The notes under the pieces are model-generated. The model was not told the origin of the DNA and searched no databases. It was given only the letters and a program-made list of their open reading frames with translations. From assembly GCA_963699545.1 (NCBI GenBank), contig CAVOUE010000005.1:192001-256000 (forward strand): a DNA stretch of 64,000 bases, read 5' to 3'. The stretch is from Nitrospirota bacterium. GTDB taxonomy: Bacteria > Nitrospirota > Thermodesulfovibrionia > Thermodesulfovibrionales > UBA9159. Shown here piece after piece: positions 29,738-41,453 of this stretch (position 1 is its first letter; each line of letters begins with the position of its first letter). A program made the position numbers and the translations under genes.

Positions 29738-31678
29738 TCATCCCTCGTACATTACCTTACCCATGTCACCGATATCGTATCCGCCCAGTCCCTCTACGGT
29801 GTCCCTGAATTCACCGTCTTCCCTGATGATCCGCAAAAGCGCGGCGACCTTGTCCGACTCAATGAACTCCCGGGGAATGGCAATGTCATAGCGTTCCTTT
29901 GCCACCGGAATGAAATCAAGACCCAACGCATTCGCAGCCGCAAGGATGGCAAGCCCCGTGTCCGCAATACCGGTCAGCACCGCTGAGGCGACTCCCATGT
30001 GGGTATATTCCTCTCTTTCATACCCCTGGATCTGAGCAGGGTCTGCGCCCATCTCTCTGAGATGCTTATCCGTGAGGAGTCTTGTGCCGGAACCGGGTTG
30101 CCTGTTGATAAAGACCACGTCATGCCTCAAAAGGTCGTTAAAGCCCGTAATGCCTCCGGGATTACCCTTTTTCACTACAAGACCTTGTTCACGGTACACA
30201 AGGTTTATGAGGACAATCCTCTTCTCGTGCAGAAGCTTTTCGATAAAGGGAACATTGTACAATCCCGATTCTTCGTCCAGAAGGTGAGTCCCTGCCATAT
30301 GAGCCTCGCCTTTTTTCAGAGCGATCAATCCCCCCATGGAGCCCACATGGGCCGAGGACAGAGAGAGCCTCGGATGTCTTTTCTTGAGAATGTTCGCTAG
30401 GATGTCCAGAGTATTGTCATGACTGCCGATGCAGACGATGGTGTTCCTGATCTCATCCCTGCTCCTGAGAAGTTCCACTTCCACCTCGGAGCCTGCGCCG
30501 ATCCCCTCTGACAGGGCAGGAATGCGAACAATACCGTCGGCCCTCACAAGGGACATGATCACCCCCGCCCCTCTTGTCATGGGGGTCGCTATGGTCTTCT
30601 CACCCACCTGCCCGACCTTCACCCTCACAAATTCCTCCTGTCCCAGGGATGACGATAACTGGCGCGAGAGGACGGCGTGAACGGTTTCATGCTCCGCCAT
30701 TTCAATACCCTGCCAGATGTGGAGAAGAGGTTTTGCAAAAAGAGTGAACGTAATGAACGCGGACACGGGATAGCCCGGTATTCCGAGCACAGGCTTCCCT
30801 TTTACCATCCCGAGGATGAGGGGCTTTCCCGGTCTTATCCCCACCCCATGGACGAATACCTCACCCATCTCACGAATGGCCAGGCCGGTGAAGTCTTCCG
30901 AACCGGCGGAGGATCCGGCATTCACCACTACCATATCAGCACCCTCGCAGGCATGCCCGATGGCCGCTTTAAGCTCACCAACATCGTCAGGGATGATATC
31001 AGACCTTAAGGGCTCTCCGCCCCACTCACGCACAAGGCCTCCCAGGATCCGGGAGTTATACTCGATGATGGAGCCCACTTTCAGTTCGGTACCCGGCTCC
31101 ACTATTTCATCCCCGGTGGGAAGAATGAACACACGCGGTCTTTTCCTGACCATGATCTCTGTATGTCCGCCCGCAAGCAGCGCACCGATGTCCACCGGCC
31201 TTATTCTCTGATTCTCAGGAATTATGAGTTCTGTTGCAACGATATCTTCCCCTATGGTCCTCACGTGCTGCCATGGCGTTGCCGGCTCTCTGATCTCGAT
31301 ATACTCTGGAGATGATCCATGACCGCGCACGACGTGCACCTCTTCGATCATGATCACGGCATTGAACCCTTCGGGCATGGGATCGCCCGTGTCAACGGGG
31401 ATCCCCTGCACCCCCACCTTAAGCTGCAGCGGCACGGTCTCAGAGGCGCCAAAGGTTTCGGTAAACCTCACCGCGTACCCGTCCATTGCCGCCGCATGGT
31501 AAAAAGGAGACGATATCTTCGCGGCCACTGCTGCTGAAGACACCCTGCCGATCGAGTCGATGACCGCAATGGTCTCTCCGGAGAGGGGTTGCAGAAGCCC
31601 TTCCCTGCGAAGCCTCGTGAGCCACACAGTGAGGGCATCGGATAAAGGGGTGCTCTCAAGATAGATCTTTTGCTTCAT
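29738..31678 (-). CDS. moeA: Molybdopterin molybdenumtransferase MoeA fused to a PBP (substrate-binding) domain
   Basis: AAMDGYAV, DTGDPMP, PTGDE, IRPGKP, GIPGYPVS; C-terminal GSHD, GSMGGL, FINRQPGSGTR. Confidence 0.9.
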   Translation of the reverse strand: MKQKIYLESTPLSDALTVWLTRLRREGLLQPLSGETIAVIDSIGRVSSAAVAAKISSPFYHAAAMDGYAVRFTETFGASETVPLQLKVGVQGIPVDTGDPMPEGFNAVIMIEEVHVVRGHGSSPEYIEIREPATPWQHVRTIGEDIVATELIIPENQRIRPVDIGALLAGGHTEIMVRKRPRVFILPTGDEIVEPGTELKVGSIIEYNSRILGGLVREWGGEPLRSDIIPDDVGELKAAIGHACEGADMVVVNAGSSAGSEDFTGLAIREMGEVFVHGVGIRPGKPLILGMVKGKPVLGIPGYPVSAFITFTLFAKPLLHIWQGIEMAEHETVHAVLSRQLSSSLGQEEFVRVKVGQVGEKTIATPMTRGAGVIMSLVRADGIVRIPALSEGIGAGSEVEVELLRSRDEIRNTIVCIGSHDNTLDILANILKKRHPRLSLSSAHVGSMGGLIALKKGEAHMAGTHLLDEESGLYNVPFIEKLLHEKRIVLINLVYREQGLVVKKGNPGGITGFNDLLRHDVVFINRQPGSGTRLLTDKHLREMGADPAQIQGYEREEYTHMGVASAVLTGIADTGLAILAAANALGLDFIPVAKERYDIAIPREFIESDKVAALLRIIREDGEFRDTVEGLGGYDIGDMGKVMYEG

Positions 31679-31751
31679 GCCTTCTCTTTTTTCCATCTCT
31701 TCCTGCGCTGCCACCGGTTCAGGCATCCTGCCTGAAAATTCACCGGCACTT

Positions 31752-32201
31752 TCAGAGGCTGCTGGCAACAATGCGGTTCGTGTCCTCAGACGTGAGATGA
31801 CAGTGCACACGCACGTCCTTATCTCTGATATGTTTTTCCGCGTTCGCCCTCGCTGCAAGACATATCTTCCTCAAGACATCGAACCGTTTGCCGTAATAGA
31901 GCCATGGGAAAAGGTCGGCAGTGCCGGCTTCTCTGAAAGGGAGCAACTCTTCAGATGTGATTCCCATGTTCTTCAAAAGGAAAAAAACATCTCCCGTTGT
32001 TGGTTCGGACTTCCATATGGCAAGTCGTATGATATCAACCCAGTTCGAAGAGATATGAAGCTTCTTAATATCTCCCCTGATCTGGGTGATGTTCTCAATG
32101 AGGTTATCCGCGACGATGGTATAGGCTTGCTCCCTGAAGTGGTAGAGTTCCTGATGCGCAGTCCTTGACGCGTCATTGGAGGCGAACACGATCTCGATCA
32201 C
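31752..32201 (-). CDS. Hypothetical protein
   Basis: 149-aa ORF co-oriented with and overlapping the stop of rlmD; no motif recognised. Confidence 0.6.
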   Translation of the reverse strand: MIEIVFASNDASRTAHQELYHFREQAYTIVADNLIENITQIRGDIKKLHISSNWVDIIRLAIWKSEPTTGDVFFLLKNMGITSEELLPFREAGTADLFPWLYYGKRFDVLRKICLAARANAEKHIRDKDVRVHCHLTSEDTNRIVASSL

Positions 32202-33490
32202 GGCGCACCTTTCCTGCGGAGGAATGCAAGCGCCTCTATATGGTAGGTGTTGGGAAAGAAATCCACCATGCGGACCGTCTCTATATCATACTTCTCCCTC
32301 ATCTTCTTCACATCCCTCGCAAGGGTTGCGGGATTACAGGAGATATACACGATCCTCTCACTGCCGGCCTCCATGACCTTTCTCAGACACTCTGCGGTGA
32401 GACCCGCCCGCGGGGGATCAAGGACGATGATATCAAAGTGGGTTTCTCCAAAGAGCCTGTCCACCTGCTGTTTCCTCGTGCTCCTGAGGACCTTCTCCAC
32501 CGACATGTTGACAAATGTACAGTTCCTGATGCCATTGAGCGTCACATTTCTGCGGCCGTCTTCAACGGCAGAGGGATTCTCTTCAACCGCCACGGTCTCC
32601 AGCGCCTGCAATGACAGGGGAAGAGAAAAGTTCCCTGCTCCCGCGTAGAGGTCCAGCACACGTTTGTTCTCGAGGGGAGAAAGTTCCCTCACAACGGCCT
32701 CCACAACCATGCGGTTGAGGGACCAGTGGCTCTGAAAAAAACTCCATGGGGTGACCGAATACTTCAGACCGTTGAGATCCAGCGTGATATAATCCTTCCC
32801 CATGGAACCACCGTCTTCAAACGCGATCCCGGAAAGCCCGCTGTCAAGGAGAGACTGGGCCGCTTCATCCGCCATGGTGCCTTTCACCAGAATTGCCAGC
32901 GTGTCTCCTGCCATCACGGACAGCTCCTTCACGCCCCTCAACTCTATGCCTGCCAGTTTCCGCAGCAGGTCGTTGATCCCCGGCGCCATGACGGGACAAT
33001 GTTCAACAGCGATCACCTCCCTCGTTCCCTCCCGGTAAAAACCAACCGCACCCTCAGCAGACACCTTGAATTGCCCCCTGTGACGGTATCCGAACTCTTG
33101 AGCGGCAAGAGAGGGCGTGAGCGCGACCTCAACGTCCCCTATCCTTCTCATCGCATCAATGAGTATCTCTTCCTTCACGGAGACCTGTTTTTCGTATTCC
33201 ATGAACTGGAGCTGACACCCCCCGCATATTCCGAAGATGCGGCAGGGCGGCTCCCTCCTCAACGGTGAAGGTTCGACAACATGCCGGACCGAGGCTATGG
33301 AATAGTCCCTTTTGCGCTCTTCAACAGAGACATCCACAAGCTCTCCCGGAATGGCGCCTCGGATAAAGATGACCCTCCCGTCCCTCCCAAGCACATAGCC
33401 GCCGTAGACAGGAGTCTCCGCCTTCAGAATAAGCGAGGCGGCCTCGCTCACTGGGTGTTCCCTGCCCGTTCTCTTCCCACGAGGCCTCAT
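32198..33490 (-). CDS. rlmD: 23S rRNA m5U methyltransferase, RlmD/TrmA family
   Basis: TRAM domain, CGGCQLQ Fe-S motif, SFFQ, LDLYAGAGNF, LDPPRAG, YISCNPATLARD, DFFPNTYHIE. Confidence 0.9.
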   Translation of the reverse strand: MRPRGKRTGREHPVSEAASLILKAETPVYGGYVLGRDGRVIFIRGAIPGELVDVSVEERKRDYSIASVRHVVEPSPLRREPPCRIFGICGGCQLQFMEYEKQVSVKEEILIDAMRRIGDVEVALTPSLAAQEFGYRHRGQFKVSAEGAVGFYREGTREVIAVEHCPVMAPGINDLLRKLAGIELRGVKELSVMAGDTLAILVKGTMADEAAQSLLDSGLSGIAFEDGGSMGKDYITLDLNGLKYSVTPWSFFQSHWSLNRMVVEAVVRELSPLENKRVLDLYAGAGNFSLPLSLQALETVAVEENPSAVEDGRRNVTLNGIRNCTFVNMSVEKVLRSTRKQQVDRLFGETHFDIIVLDPPRAGLTAECLRKVMEAGSERIVYISCNPATLARDVKKMREKYDIETVRMVDFFPNTYHIEALAFLRRKGAP

Positions 33491-33837
33491 TGTTTGCCGA
33501 GAAGCTTCTTTATCGTTTCTTTGAGATCGCCCAGCTCCGCCGACTTCACAATATACGCCTCGGAGGCCCAGACCGCGAAATCATCCCGATAGTCGTACGC
33601 GGTCGACATGATGATCGGAACTCTCGGTCTTTTTTCCTTCATCTGTCTCAGCAGTTTTATGCCGTCGATGTCCGGCATCAGAATGTCCAGAGTAACCAGA
33701 TCCGGGGTCTCCTTATCGAACAATTCGAGCGCCTCCGTGCCTGTTGATGCAACGACCACCTCATATCCCTCTTCCTCAAGCTCTTCCTTGTACAGGCGCC
33801 GGATATGCTGGTCGTCATCCACGATTAATATCTTCAT
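33487..33837 (-). CDS. Single-domain response regulator
   Basis: MKILIVDDD, VTLDILMP, REC domain only. Confidence 0.92.
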   Translation of the reverse strand: MKILIVDDDQHIRRLYKEELEEEGYEVVVASTGTEALELFDKETPDLVTLDILMPDIDGIKLLRQMKEKRPRVPIIMSTAYDYRDDFAVWASEAYIVKSAELGDLKETIKKLLGKQ

Positions 33838-36800
33838 CTCTCCTCCTTTCCCACGGATAAAAAAACCTTGATCGTTGTCCCAATTCCGGGCTTGCTCTTC
33901 ACTTCTATCCTCCCCTTATGCTCTTCGATGATCCTGCGGGTAATCGCGAGTCCGAGGCCCGTGCCGGTCGGTTTCGTTGTGTAAAAAGGATCGAAGATGA
34001 ACGGCAGATCCTTTTCCGCGATCCCGGGTCCCGTGTCGGACACCTCCACCACGACATTTCCGTTCCAGGGATACGTCCTTATCGTGATCTTCCCGTGGGC
34101 GCCAACGGCCTGGATCGAATTGTTCACGATATTCAGGAAGGCCTCTCTGATCCTGTCCCCGTCAAGCAAAACCTCGGGCACTTCACCAAAAACGGTCTCG
34201 ATCCCTATCCCCCGCTCGACGACCTCGGACTCCACAAGGGAAAGCATATTGCTGACAAGGCCGTTGATATCGACAGAGGTTATGGACAGCCTCACCTCTC
34301 TCACAAAACCGAGGATGTCCCTGAGAATGTCTTCCAGCCTCTTCACTTCCCGTGCTATGATCGTCGCATACTCTTTAAGGTTTCCCTCAAGTTTGTTCTC
34401 CAGCCTCTGCGCAAATCCCCCGATGGAGACAAGGGGGTTGCGTATCTCGTGGGCAACCTTTGCAGCCACCTCACCGAGCGCCGCCATCCGCTCTGCGGTC
34501 GCCAGTCTCTCTCTGATATGTTTCAGTTCGGTGACGTCCCTGACGATGTGTACTGCCCCGAGAAAACTGCCCCGAGATATCAAAAATGGGGGACGTTGAG
34601 GTGAGAAACGTCTCGCCGGTTCTCGGGTCTTCCACCTCCTCGATATATGGCTTCTTTGTCTCTACGGTCTTATGATGGGGGCAAGCCTGCCACGGCTCGT
34701 TCATGGAGTGGAAGACGTCATAGCATTTTCTGCCGACGATCTCACTGTCCGGTAATCCAAGCCTTTCAGAAACGGCCTTATTGATACTCCGTATCGTGTA
34801 ATCCATGTCCGTAAAATAGACCATATCCGAGATGGATCTGAAGATGTTCTCAAGCTCTGCTTCCGCAAAGGAGACCTGTTCAAAGAGCTTTGCACTCTCG
34901 ATAGCGGCAGCCATCTGGTTCGAAAATGCGGTAAGGAACCTCATGTCTTCATCCGTGATCGGTTTCTTGTTGAACAGATTATCCACAAACAATACCCCTA
35001 TCACCTTGCCCCTGGAGATAAGGGGGACCACGGCATATGCCTCCGTTCCGAGCTGCTGGATGAGCAGAGGGTCAGAGAGAGGTTCGTTCTTTGCGTCGGA
35101 AACATTTACGGACTTCTTCTCTCTCACTGAGATGGCAAAGGCCGATTCGCTGTCAAGAGGTATTTCGATCCCGCGGCTCAGACGGTCAAGGAAGGTGTCC
35201 AGCTTCTTGGAGCCTGACTCGATTTCCTGCATCACATCATCAAGGGTCTTCTTCTCCATGGACAGCCGCTCCCATACCATACCTGCCTCTTCATAACTGG
35301 AGGGCCCGACGCCCATCGTGCCCTTTAACACGTTCCTTCCCTCGTCCATCAGGAACAGCACCGCGCGGTTGAACCCGAATCCATCACCCATGGTGACCGC
35401 GGTTAATATCATCCGCAGGAGCCGGTCAAGGTCCAGCGTACTTCTCATGGCAGAGCTGATGAAGAAGAGCCTCGAAAGTTCCTGGTTTCTCTTAATGAGC
35501 TCCTTTTCCACCGCCTTTTTATCCGATATATCCCTGGATATCCCGCTCACCCCGATAATGCCGCCCGACGCGTCCTTGATAGGAGAACAAGGTAAGACTC
35601 ACCTCGATGATTTTCCCGTCACCCCGCCGGCGAACGGTCTCGATGTCCCTCAGTACCTCGCCGTTCCTGACCCTCTCTGTAAACTCTCTCTCCGCCTCTT
35701 TCAGAAAGTCCGGCACAAAGGGAAGGAACGTGCCGACGGCCTCCGCCTCCGTATAGCCGTAAATCCTCTCCGCCCCCTGGTTCCAGGAGGTTACGATACC
35801 GTTCAGATCCGAAGTGACAATGGCATCCGCAGAGTTGTCGATCAGGCTCTCAAGGTATTCCTTCGTCTGTGCAACTTCCCGGTAGAGGGCGAGCATTTCT
35901 TCCTGGTAAAGAACGCGGTCGGTGATGTCGAGGATAAACACCACACATTCCTCAACGTTTCCCTTCTCATCCTTTATGGGATAGGACGTCAATTCCGCGT
36001 AGTTCAATCCGCTCACCTGCGTTAACACATTGATTTCCCCTGTTTCAAAGGTCACCTGCGCGACGCAATGGGGGCAGATCCCCTGGTGAGCATGAAAAAT
36101 ATCGACGCTGTTCTTCCCGATGATCTCATCCACCGTCCTGCCTGTCCACGTCTCAACGTACTTGTTCGCCGAGAGGACCCTGTACCCGCTCCCCATGGTT
36201 ACAATGCCGCCCTGAACACTGTCAAAAAGGACATCGAGCCTCTTTTTTGCCTCAACAGCCTCTCTTTCCCTCTGGAGTTCCCATTCGAACATCTTCGCCT
36301 TCTCAATGGCGATGGCAGAGAGCGATGCGAACCCTTCAGCAGTGCCAAGATCCTCACCCGAAAAAGGAATGATCACTTCGCCAGGCGTCTTCTTGTCGTA
36401 GAGTCCAAGGGTTCCGATAACCCGCTCACCGACCACTAGCGGCACGTTGATCACTGACTTCGCATCCAGATGCGGGACCTGCCAGTCCTGGGGCATGTTG
36501 GAGAGGTCCTCCACAAGGATGGGTCTCCCCTCCTCGACCACCTTTCCGGGAAGGCCTTCACCGACGGAAAGGGTCATCATCTGTTCGACCTCCTTCTCAA
36601 GACCATAGGATGCCTTGATCACCAGCCTGTGGTCCTCAAGCAGACGGATAATGCATCCCCTGGCATTGAGGAGGCGCGTTGCTTCCTCGGCCATTTTTCT
36701 GAGGAGTTCGTCCAGGTCCAGGGTCGAGGTGATTGCCTTCGCAAGTTCATACATCGCCCTCAGTTTCTGGAGCTGGTTCTTTGTGGAAAGATAGAGTTCC

Positions 36801-37558
36801 ACGTTCTTCTCGTTCGCTACCTGCAGCTCTTCCACCATCCTGTCGAACCGTTGAGCGATAATGCCGAACTCATCCTTTCTCCTTGAACCTATCCGGTAAT
36901 CGAGGTCCCCGGAGATGATCCTGTCCGTGGCGGTGAGGATGTCGTTGAACGGCACCGCGACCATCCTCCTCATAAAGAAGGCCAGAAGGAGAAACGCGAG
37001 GGAACTCGACGCCAGGAGACCTGCAAGATAGTAAGCCATCTCCTGCTTTATCTTCTCTCCCCGGTCAATGGTGGTGGTCAATCCCTGAACCGACTTGGCA
37101 TGCAGCTCATCCAGTTTTGCACGGATCTCTCCGTCCTTTACCTCAAGCCTGCGCAGCAGGGGAAAGATATGCCTGTTCTCGGTCGGCTGTTCCGTGGACA
37201 TCACGGCATCTGCAAGGTTCTTCAGATCCCCAAAGTCCTTTCCGATCGCCTTGAGTCCTTCTCTGTCAGCAGCCAATTTCGTGAGGCTGCCGAAGTTCTT
37301 ATAGACATCTTTGAGCCGTTCCCTGTATACCTTCCTGAACCTGCTACTGCCCGTGACCGCCCACCCCTCGGACGCGCTTACAAAATCGACGATGGATATC
37401 TCCAATTCCTCATGGAGATTATGAACCTCTGAAGATCTCCTCAGGACCTCGAAGTTGCTGCCCATGCTTTTGAAAATAAGGAAACTGCCAGCGATAAATG
37501 CGGCTATGAGGACAAGAAAGGCGATGATAAAGAGGTTTAACTTTGACTTGATGGTCAT
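33834..37558 (-). CDS. Membrane sensor histidine kinase (HAMP-GAF-PAS-PAS-GAF-PAS-HisKA-HATPase); two frameshifts (near 35590 and 34585)
   Basis: Three consecutive ORFs: two TM helices plus HAMP (DEFGIIAQRFDRM), GAF and PAS motifs, AHEIRNPL, DTGPGI, FYTTK, GTGLGL. Confidence 0.88.
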
Positions 37559-39018
37559 CCTCTTCCTCGTGTCTGCCGTTTCCCCTCACCTGCCTTTGCG
37601 TAAAGGGCGAGATATTTCATGGCAGAGGCCCTCCAGGAGAAGTCCATTCCCATGCCGTCGGCGACCATTTTTTTCCATTTCCTGGTGTCAGAATACACGC
37701 AGAACGCGCGCTTCAGACACTCCGTAAGGGAAGCTGCCTGATAGTCCGCGAACAGGAAGCCTGTGCCCCGTCCCTTCAACGGCTCGTAGTCGGTGATGGT
37801 ATCTGCAAGCCCTCCCGTTCTTCTCGCCACAGGCACGGTGCCGTATCTCATTGCAATGAGCTGGCTCAGCCCGCACGGTTCATACTGCGAAGGCATGAGG
37901 AGCATGTCGCTCCCTGCATAGATACGGTGGGCAAAGGCATCGTCATACCCTATTCTCACGAACACCCTCCCCTTATATTTTTCCCCGAGACCAAGGACAA
38001 GGTCCTGATAGTGTTCATCTCCCTTGCCGAGAATGACAATATGCGCCCCTGCCGAGACAATCTCCTCCGCCGCCTCCAGGAAGATGTCGACACCCTTCTG
38101 CGAAGACAGCCTCCCCACCATCGAAATGAGGGGGACGTTCTTCTCCCCCACGTTCAACGAACACTCGTTGATAAGGTGTTTCCTGCATGCTCCTTTCCCC
38201 GAGAGGTCGGAAGAATCATACCGTGCAGGGAGGAACGGATCCTTCTTCGGGTTCCACTCTTCAATATCAATGCCGTTTATCACGCCGTAGAGGGCGGAAG
38301 ACCGTTTTCTCAAAACACCGTCCAGCCCGAAGCCGTGCTCAGACGTGAGGATTTCCTTCGCGTAGGTCTCACTGACCGTGGTTATGATATCAGACGCAAT
38401 GAGGCCCGCTTTGAGAAGGTTCATCTTCCCGTAAAATTCCACGCCATCGGGACCGAACCAATCCCGCGACAGCCCCGTAAGAGAGAAGCGGGAGACATCG
38501 AAGAGTCCCTGGTATCCGAGGTTATGGATGGTCATAAGAGTCGCTGTATTGCTAAAAAAATCCGTTTGATAGATTGTTCTGAGATAAAGGGGGAGGAGAC
38601 CGGTCTGCCAGTCGTTGCAATGTATGATATCGGGCCGGAGACCCAGCAGCCTGCATCCTTCAAGGACGGCCCGGCAAAAAAAGGTGAAGCGTTCCGCATT
38701 GTCAGGATAATCTCCTTCCGGAGTTCCGTAGAGATCGTCTCTGTGAAAAAACTCGTCGCATTCCACAAAAAAAACGGAGCCATGAGTGAAGAGGCGTCCT
38801 TCAAACCATTTCACCCCAACCGGCACCCTCACCCTGAGCCCCGTATCCTTCAGGTCGAAGCGTTCCCCCACGGTCTTGTAGAGGGGGAGCATCAGGCAAG
38901 CCTCCGTGTTCATCGCCCTGTACTCCTGAAGAAGTGCGCCGCTCACATCGGCGAGGCCGCCGGTCTTGACATACGGCGTCGCCTCTGATGCCACGAGAAG
39001 TACCTTCATTGCTGCCAC
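37555..39018 (-). CDS. glgA: Glycogen synthase
   Basis: KTGGLADV, HCNDWQT, TIHNLGYQG, PSQYEPCGLSQL. Confidence 0.96.
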   Translation of the reverse strand: MAAMKVLLVASEATPYVKTGGLADVSGALLQEYRAMNTEACLMLPLYKTVGERFDLKDTGLRVRVPVGVKWFEGRLFTHGSVFFVECDEFFHRDDLYGTPEGDYPDNAERFTFFCRAVLEGCRLLGLRPDIIHCNDWQTGLLPLYLRTIYQTDFFSNTATLMTIHNLGYQGLFDVSRFSLTGLSRDWFGPDGVEFYGKMNLLKAGLIASDIITTVSETYAKEILTSEHGFGLDGVLRKRSSALYGVINGIDIEEWNPKKDPFLPARYDSSDLSGKGACRKHLINECSLNVGEKNVPLISMVGRLSSQKGVDIFLEAAEEIVSAGAHIVILGKGDEHYQDLVLGLGEKYKGRVFVRIGYDDAFAHRIYAGSDMLLMPSQYEPCGLSQLIAMRYGTVPVARRTGGLADTITDYEPLKGRGTGFLFADYQAASLTECLKRAFCVYSDTRKWKKMVADGMGMDFSWRASAMKYLALYAKAGEGKRQTRGRG

Positions 39019-40016
39019 TGAATCTTCGCCTCTCTCATAAACCGTGCTGCCTCTTCAGGAGGCGTGGGGTTGATATAGAATCCCGACCCCCACTCAAACC
39101 CGGCGATATTGGTGAGTTTTGGCATCAGCTCGATGTGCCAATGGTAATACTCATTGATCTCCTCGGTGAAGGGCGATGTGTGGATGATAAAGTTATAGGG
39201 CGGCGTATCCAGTATCCTGTCCATCTGCTTGACCACACGCTGCAAGACCTCGGCAAGGGCGGAGAAGCTCTTGTCGGGAGGACAGAACATGGATTCGTGC
39301 TTCTTCGGAAGGATCCAGGTCTCGAAAGGTGAGCGGGGCGCGTAAGGGGCAAGAGCGATATATCCGGAATTTTCATAGATGACCCTCTTGCCGTCCTCCA
39401 TCTCCTGGTTGATCACGTCACAGAAGATGCAGCGTTCCTTAAACTCGAAGTAGTGGCGGCACGAATCCACTTCCTCCCTCACCAGCTTCGGAACAATGGG
39501 AAGGGCGATGAGCTGCGAATGGGAATGCTCAAGAGATGCACCGGCCGCATCTCCTTCGTTCTTGAATATAAGGACATACTTGAAGCGCGGATCCTTCTTC
39601 AGGTCGCTGAGCCTCAGATGATATGCCCAGAGGACATCCTCAACAGCCTTCAGGGGCATGGTGGCCAGGGAGAGGAGATGATCCGGGGTCTCGATAATGA
39701 CCTCATGGGCGCCGATCCCGTTCATCTTGTCGAACATGCCTTCCCCTGACCTGTTGAGGTCACCGTAGATCTGGAGAGCGGGGAATTTATTGGGCATTAC
39801 CCGAAGCGTCCAGCCTGCAGTGTTCGGCTGGGTAGACGCAGGCCTGAAGGCCATGATCTCCTGGGGCGTCGTGTATTCGTTGCCGGGACAGAAGGGGCAG
39901 AATCCTCCCTTTCTCCTCTGCACCGGCGGGGAAGCAAAGTCTGTCGGCCTCTTCCCCCTTTCCACTGCGATAATGACCCAGCCCCCGGATATGGGGTCCT
40001 TTCTCAGTTCCGGCAT
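39006..40016 (-). CDS. galT: Galactose-1-phosphate uridylyltransferase family (HIT-type hexose-1-P nucleotidyltransferase)
   Basis: MPELRKDP, CPFCPGNE, NKFPAL, GASLEHSHSQ, GFEWGSG. Confidence 0.9.
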   Translation of the reverse strand: MPELRKDPISGGWVIIAVERGKRPTDFASPPVQRRKGGFCPFCPGNEYTTPQEIMAFRPASTQPNTAGWTLRVMPNKFPALQIYGDLNRSGEGMFDKMNGIGAHEVIIETPDHLLSLATMPLKAVEDVLWAYHLRLSDLKKDPRFKYVLIFKNEGDAAGASLEHSHSQLIALPIVPKLVREEVDSCRHYFEFKERCIFCDVINQEMEDGKRVIYENSGYIALAPYAPRSPFETWILPKKHESMFCPPDKSFSALAEVLQRVVKQMDRILDTPPYNFIIHTSPFTEEINEYYHWHIELMPKLTNIAGFEWGSGFYINPTPPEEAARFMREAKIQWQQ

Positions 40017-40126
40017 ATATCCTCCCGGTCTCGCACAGAGACTAACGTGTCTGAATTAAAAAGGAATTCGTCATTAAAACGTCCATTATTATATCACAAT
40101 GCGATATAATCTCCTGGAGGGCGGAC

Positions 40127-41095
40127 ATGAAACCTACGTTCCACCACCGATTGATAAATGACCCGTTCGAAGACCCCTCCCTGTTCGTGAGGATGCTCAG
40201 GGAGAGGCGCGCATTCCTTTTCGATGCGGGCCGGATCGACCGCCTGTCGCCCGGCGACCTTCTGAAGATAACCGATGTCTTCGTAACCCATATGCACATC
40301 GATCACTTCATCGGGTTCGACACCCTTCTCCGGGCACTCCTGAGAAGGGAGACTCCTCTGAAGGTGTATGGACCGGAAGAGCTCATCAGCTGCGTCGAAG
40401 GCAAACTGAGAGGATACACATGGAATCTCATACAGGAGTATCCCATCAAAATTGAGGTCTTTGGCATCAGCCGCCGGAAGATGAGGCACGCAAGCTTCTA
40501 TGCGGAACAGAGCTTTGCGAGGATCGACAGGGAGGAGATGGTCTTCGAGGGGTCTGCGCTGGAGGCCCCCCCCTATACCGTGAGCGCAGTGAACCTTTCC
40601 CATGGCATACCATGCCTGGCCTTTTCCCTCAAAGAAGATTTTCATATCAACATTGACAAGACGGGTCTGAGTGCCATGAACCTTTCCACAGGGCCATGGC
40701 TGAGCGATCTCAAACAGATGATCCGTGCCAAGGCCGCCCCGGACACGCCGTTGCGCGTTGACGGCAGGGAATTCGCCTTCTCGGACCTTGTCCATATCGC
40801 CGCGGTCACCGAAGGTCAGAAGGTCTCATACGTCACCGACGTTTCACCGGAGGAGGATAACCTCATCAGGGTGACCCAGTTCGTTAAGGATTCTGACACT
40901 CTCTACTGCGAGGCATATTTCCTTCACGAGGACAGGGAACGCGCTTTTGAGCGGCATCACCTCACCGCGAAGATGGCAGGCGAGATCGCGCGGCAGGCAA
41001 AGGTCAGGAATCTTGTCCTGATGCATTTTTCTCCGAAATACAGGGACCGGATGGAGAAAATGGAAGAAGAGGCGATGAAGGAATTTTGGAATTGA
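40127..41095 (+). CDS. Ribonuclease Z-like metallo-beta-lactamase-fold protein
   Basis: THMHIDHFIG, LSHGIPC, YVTD, CEAYF, HHLTA, HFSPKY. Confidence 0.8.
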   Translation: MKPTFHHRLINDPFEDPSLFVRMLRERRAFLFDAGRIDRLSPGDLLKITDVFVTHMHIDHFIGFDTLLRALLRRETPLKVYGPEELISCVEGKLRGYTWNLIQEYPIKIEVFGISRRKMRHASFYAEQSFARIDREEMVFEGSALEAPPYTVSAVNLSHGIPCLAFSLKEDFHINIDKTGLSAMNLSTGPWLSDLKQMIRAKAAPDTPLRVDGREFAFSDLVHIAAVTEGQKVSYVTDVSPEEDNLIRVTQFVKDSDTLYCEAYFLHEDRERAFERHHLTAKMAGEIARQAKVRNLVLMHFSPKYRDRMEKMEEEAMKEFWN

Positions 41096-41343
41096 CCCGC
41101 GTTGTTTCATGCTCCGTTCAAGGTCTGGTCATTACAATGAGAAACAACGGCTACACATTTTCAGCCTTCCCCTCCGCGTCCGTGAAATCATAAAAAACCG
41201 CCATTACTCGCAGCTTCTCCCTGGACCTGGTATTCGTACCGCATCAGCCGGAATTTTGAATGCACCTGAAACTCCTCACGTCAGCTATCTCTCTACGTGT
41301 TTCTATTTCCGATAGTAATGTTGAGAGTCTGCAGGGCAAAGAA

Positions 41344-41368
41344 AAACGGGATGTGTCCCCAATTATTT
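41344..41368 (+). repeat. Inverted-repeat family copy 1 (AAACGGGATGTGTCCCCAATTATTT)
   Basis: 23/25 identical to the reverse complement of 42752-42776. Confidence 0.85.
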
Positions 41369-41453
41369 TCCTTTATGCTGAAAACTCTCACACGAATTAT
41401 ATTGTTTTGCTATACTTAACAGCAATGTCTTACGTAGAAGTGGATTATTCAGG

